Part shown: positions 61,199 through 64,000 of the stretch, one piece after another
Layout: every line of letters begins with the position of its first letter
Position numbering within the stretch: position 1 is the first letter of the stretch
NCBI GenBank assembly: GCA_010405405.1
Contig: MU004236.1
Coordinates: 446,576 to 510,575 of the forward strand
Direction: 5' to 3'
Source of the DNA: Microthyrium microscopicum
Taxonomy: Eukaryota
DNA length: 64,000 nucleotides
Program-made: the position numbers and the translations under genes
Notes under the pieces: generated by a model
What the model was told of the DNA's origin: nothing
The model's input: the letters and a program-made list of their open reading frames with translations, nothing else
Databases searched by the model: none

Positions 61199-62097
61199 AT
61201 AAAGTCTTCGAACTATATCTTCGCATTGCTAGGTATTTCTAGCCTTGCTTATAGCCTACCAAAAGACAAGCCAAAGAAAACGATCGCTGGAGTCACTGTC
61301 TTGGATACCCCTATTATTCAGGATGCCAAAGCTTTGGCTCTATCCACCGTTGGTAAGTCCGGAGGGTCCAGTGACTTTACTGCTTGTCGAATCTGCTTAC
61401 AGTACAAATCACTATGAATCAGAAATATACCTTCTTAACAAGTCGGTATTCACGCTGACTTATGGCAGACCAGACCAGTTTCAACCATGTCATGCGCTCA
61501 TGGCTCCTCGGTGCTCTTGTCATATCCAAGAACGACACTCTGTCCGCCAAACTGGATCACGAAGCCGTCGCACTCGGCATCATCTTGCACGATCTCGGTT
61601 TAGACGAACATCCGAACTCTCTTATCACTAGCAAAGACCGTCGTTTCGAAGTAGACGCCGCGATCGCAGCTCGAAATTTCATCCGCTCTCACTCAGACAG
61701 CAAAAACTGGGATGAGCGTCGAGTAGATCTTGTCTGGGATAGCATTGCACTAACATATGGAGCCATTGATTGCAAAATACAAACAACTGGAAGTCCAAAT
61801 GGTAGCAATGGGCTATGAGATGGGCGAAATGGGACCTGGGGATGGTGTATCGGCCAAGGAGCACGAAGCTGTTCTCAAAGAGTTTCCTGTTCTCGATTTT
61901 GATGAATGGACTAAGAAGAAGCTTACCTGGATTTGTACTACAAAGCCTGCTACGACATATGGTATGTTTAACACCGCTGGACAGAGAATCCCGCATTAAC
62001 ATTGCTAGATACCTGGCAGCAATCTTTTGGAGAGACGTATGTCGCCAACTACAGTGCTAAAGGCCATCGAATGACCGATCACCTTGCCCATAAATGA
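61199..62097 (+). pseudogene. Secreted HD-domain (cyanamide-hydratase-like) metal-dependent hydrolase, apparently disrupted
   Basis: IAGVTVLDTPII, FNHVMRSW, ILHDLG, RFEVDAAIAARNF, VWDSIAL. The start position reads ATA (61199), and a +1 frameshift at ~61752-61753 separates IAL from HMEPLIAKYKQLEV. Confidence 0.75.
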
Positions 62098-62299
62098 AAT
62101 CAACTGCATGAGAAACATCTCAGTGACATGGCAAGTTTGGTTTGAGCTGGGAAAACAAGCGACATTGGATCATGATTCTGGCTCTGGAAAGGAGATATCT
62201 CCATGTAAATTGCTTTCGTAAGGAATGAGCTATTTGACTAGAATTTAGTGCCTCTCATGCTTGTTCTAAACACACTCCATACTACCAAGTGTTCTCCTT

Positions 62300-64000
62300 T
62301 TAACCCGAAAAGGGACAGTGTATCGTTGGACTATCGGTAACATTCATGTCAAGATCCTGGAGAAGTAAGGACTCGAACACTGCAGAGTCAAGCGTTTGAT
62401 TTGACCATTGGTTTGACCATTGGTCTGACCGTTGATTTGACCAGTGGTCGTTTTTCCTGAGAGATCCGTCCATAACAGGGCAAAGAGAAGCAACATAACG
62501 GTACTGATTCCAGTGTTCAGTAGTTTCAAGGTTATGGGACTGCAGTTGTTTTGACATCCTTTCGTATTTGTTTCGAACCACATCAAGAACTGAGTCAAAC
62601 AGATAATAGATATCTGGTGCGCTATTGGCATCTGCCGTTGTTGACGATAGTTTGCTCAAATGGGCTTGGATACTCTCCAAGTATGGCCCAAAAGAGGCGA
62701 GATCTGTGACACTTAGGGGATTCGGGTTCGGGTTCTCAAGGGCCCAAGTAAGAAGCTGGAAGACCGAAATGATGCCTCTGATAAGCAAGTTCCAATCAAT
62801 GGCTGAGAATTCATGATAGACCTCGTCATTAATTTCCATGAAAGCGCTAAAAAGGGACTTGAGTGCGCGACAACTTCTAGCCAAGTCGTCTTGGGGTTCT
62901 TGTGAGTCTAGAGTGCTCATAATTGATATGCGAGTCGACACAAATTGCTTCAAAAGCCGAATGTGTGCTTTGGTTGTTAGCAAGGTTCGGAAGAAGTGAA
63001 GTCTACTGACCCATTCGTTGCAACTCTGGCTTCAGCGATTGCGTTAACTCTGACAGTCGTGTTTGTAGATCAGGGGCGGAGGAAAAGGTTTGAGTGCATC
63101 CAGTGGTTTCGAAATCTATAAGACGAAGTGTTGCCAGAACAGAGGCTGAGGTCTGCGTTTGCGATATTTCTATTAAGCAGGACTCTAGATAGGGAGTCCA
63201 ACATAAAGCTGCTGGCCTTACGGGCGGAAGAGAATAACTGAGTAAGTTAGGATACGGTTCTCCTTGATGCAAGAGTGACTGACGTGCTGCAAAGACAGAA
63301 GCAGCCCAAATACGCCAATTTTATAGCCAGACTCTCTGCCTCTGATCTTGAATCAAAAGAGTCTGGCGGAGAGTCATATCCGAGATCTTTGACCATATTT
63401 GCTGCAATTGCCAGCATATTGAATAGCCGGCCCTTCCGAGGGCTCAGATGAAGAGGAAACCTTTGCACGCATTAGTCGTTAGACACCAAAATACAAGAAG
63501 TGTATCCAACCAAGCGAGATAGATCAAGAGGCCTTGCAGGACATCGAGCGATCCTTCTGAACTGACTAAAACTTTCTCATTGACTGCTCTTCGGAACTCG
63601 ATGTCCAGTCTTTTCTGGACATCACTTTTGTTTGCTGACATGGCGCATAGTATGGCGAGTGTTAAAAATGGACGACTACGGAGCATAGCAGTCAAGTCCA
63701 AATCTCCCGATAATGGTACGAATGGGAAGTGATCTTCTCGCTCCTTAAAAATGGCTAGATAGGCTGTTGCTTCATTGCGATTCAGTCTAGGAAGAGATTG
63801 AGATGCATCTTCTTTTCCATGCTTAGATTCTCTGCTTGGTGCTGCAATTGATCCATTTTCTGAGCATTGCATCCAAGATTCAGGGAAATGTCGCATCAAC
63901 ATTGAATCGTGATTCTGCGCGAGAGAGAGCAAGATTTGTTTTTGACCTTTCTTCAATTCTAATATTGAGTTGAAGAATCCAGACACCACATCGGTATGGT
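62300..64000 (-). CDS. Fungal-specific (Zn2Cys6-type) transcription factor, middle/C-terminal region; 5' end off the window
   Basis: YLAIFKEREDHFPFV..RSRPFLTLAIL..SLDVLQGLLIYLAW..AYLGCFCL is the middle homology region. Three canonical introns. Confidence 0.8.

Noticed and set aside
62397..62444. 12-nt tandem repeat (WSNQ/RSDQ x4) in the TF C-terminus; similar P/S/T repeats near 29043-29115
   Set aside because: Ordinary in-frame slippage in low-complexity protein regions.
54763..64000. P450, two TFs and an HD hydrolase as a secondary-metabolite cluster
   Set aside because: No backbone enzyme (PKS, NRPS, terpene synthase) in the window, and the intervening genes are pseudogenes.

Overview
Eukaryotic, intron-containing DNA from a filamentous ascomycete (Pezizomycotina). 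The evidence is short ~50-nt GT..CTRAC..YAG introns and typical fungal orthologues; the species cannot be determined from the sequence. The first ~49 kb is a gene-dense, mostly housekeeping block: SEC6 (partial), mitochondrial L33, an HSL-like lipase, a methyltransferase, MMS22/Mus7, BDF1, UTP5, ARG8, PRE8, a RING-CH ligase, an Hsp70-like ATPase, a DAL5-like MFS, a WDR62-like WD40 protein, a secreted protein, a peroxisomal enoyl-CoA isomerase, Rad26/ATRIP and CDS1. This block also holds one aminopeptidase Y relic. From ~49.5 kb the region looks accessory: orphan genes, a P450, a divergent Ace1/SltA-type zinc-finger gene, a Zn2Cys6-type TF (partial) and at least three disrupted genes (F-box plus 38-aa helical repeats, an 'MSTRG..YNHxDSYPxGLG' protein, a secreted HD-domain protein). 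I saw no rRNA, tRNA, CRISPR array or intact transposon, and I found no clear-cut new multi-gene system. The best leads are a fully open long terminal intron plus an overlapping uORF in BDF1, a hairpin-forming long intron in CDS1, a G1-peptidase-like secreted protein, the unusual Ace1/SltA-like protein and the pseudogene cluster. Exon boundaries were inferred by eye and family calls come from motif recognition, not database searches.
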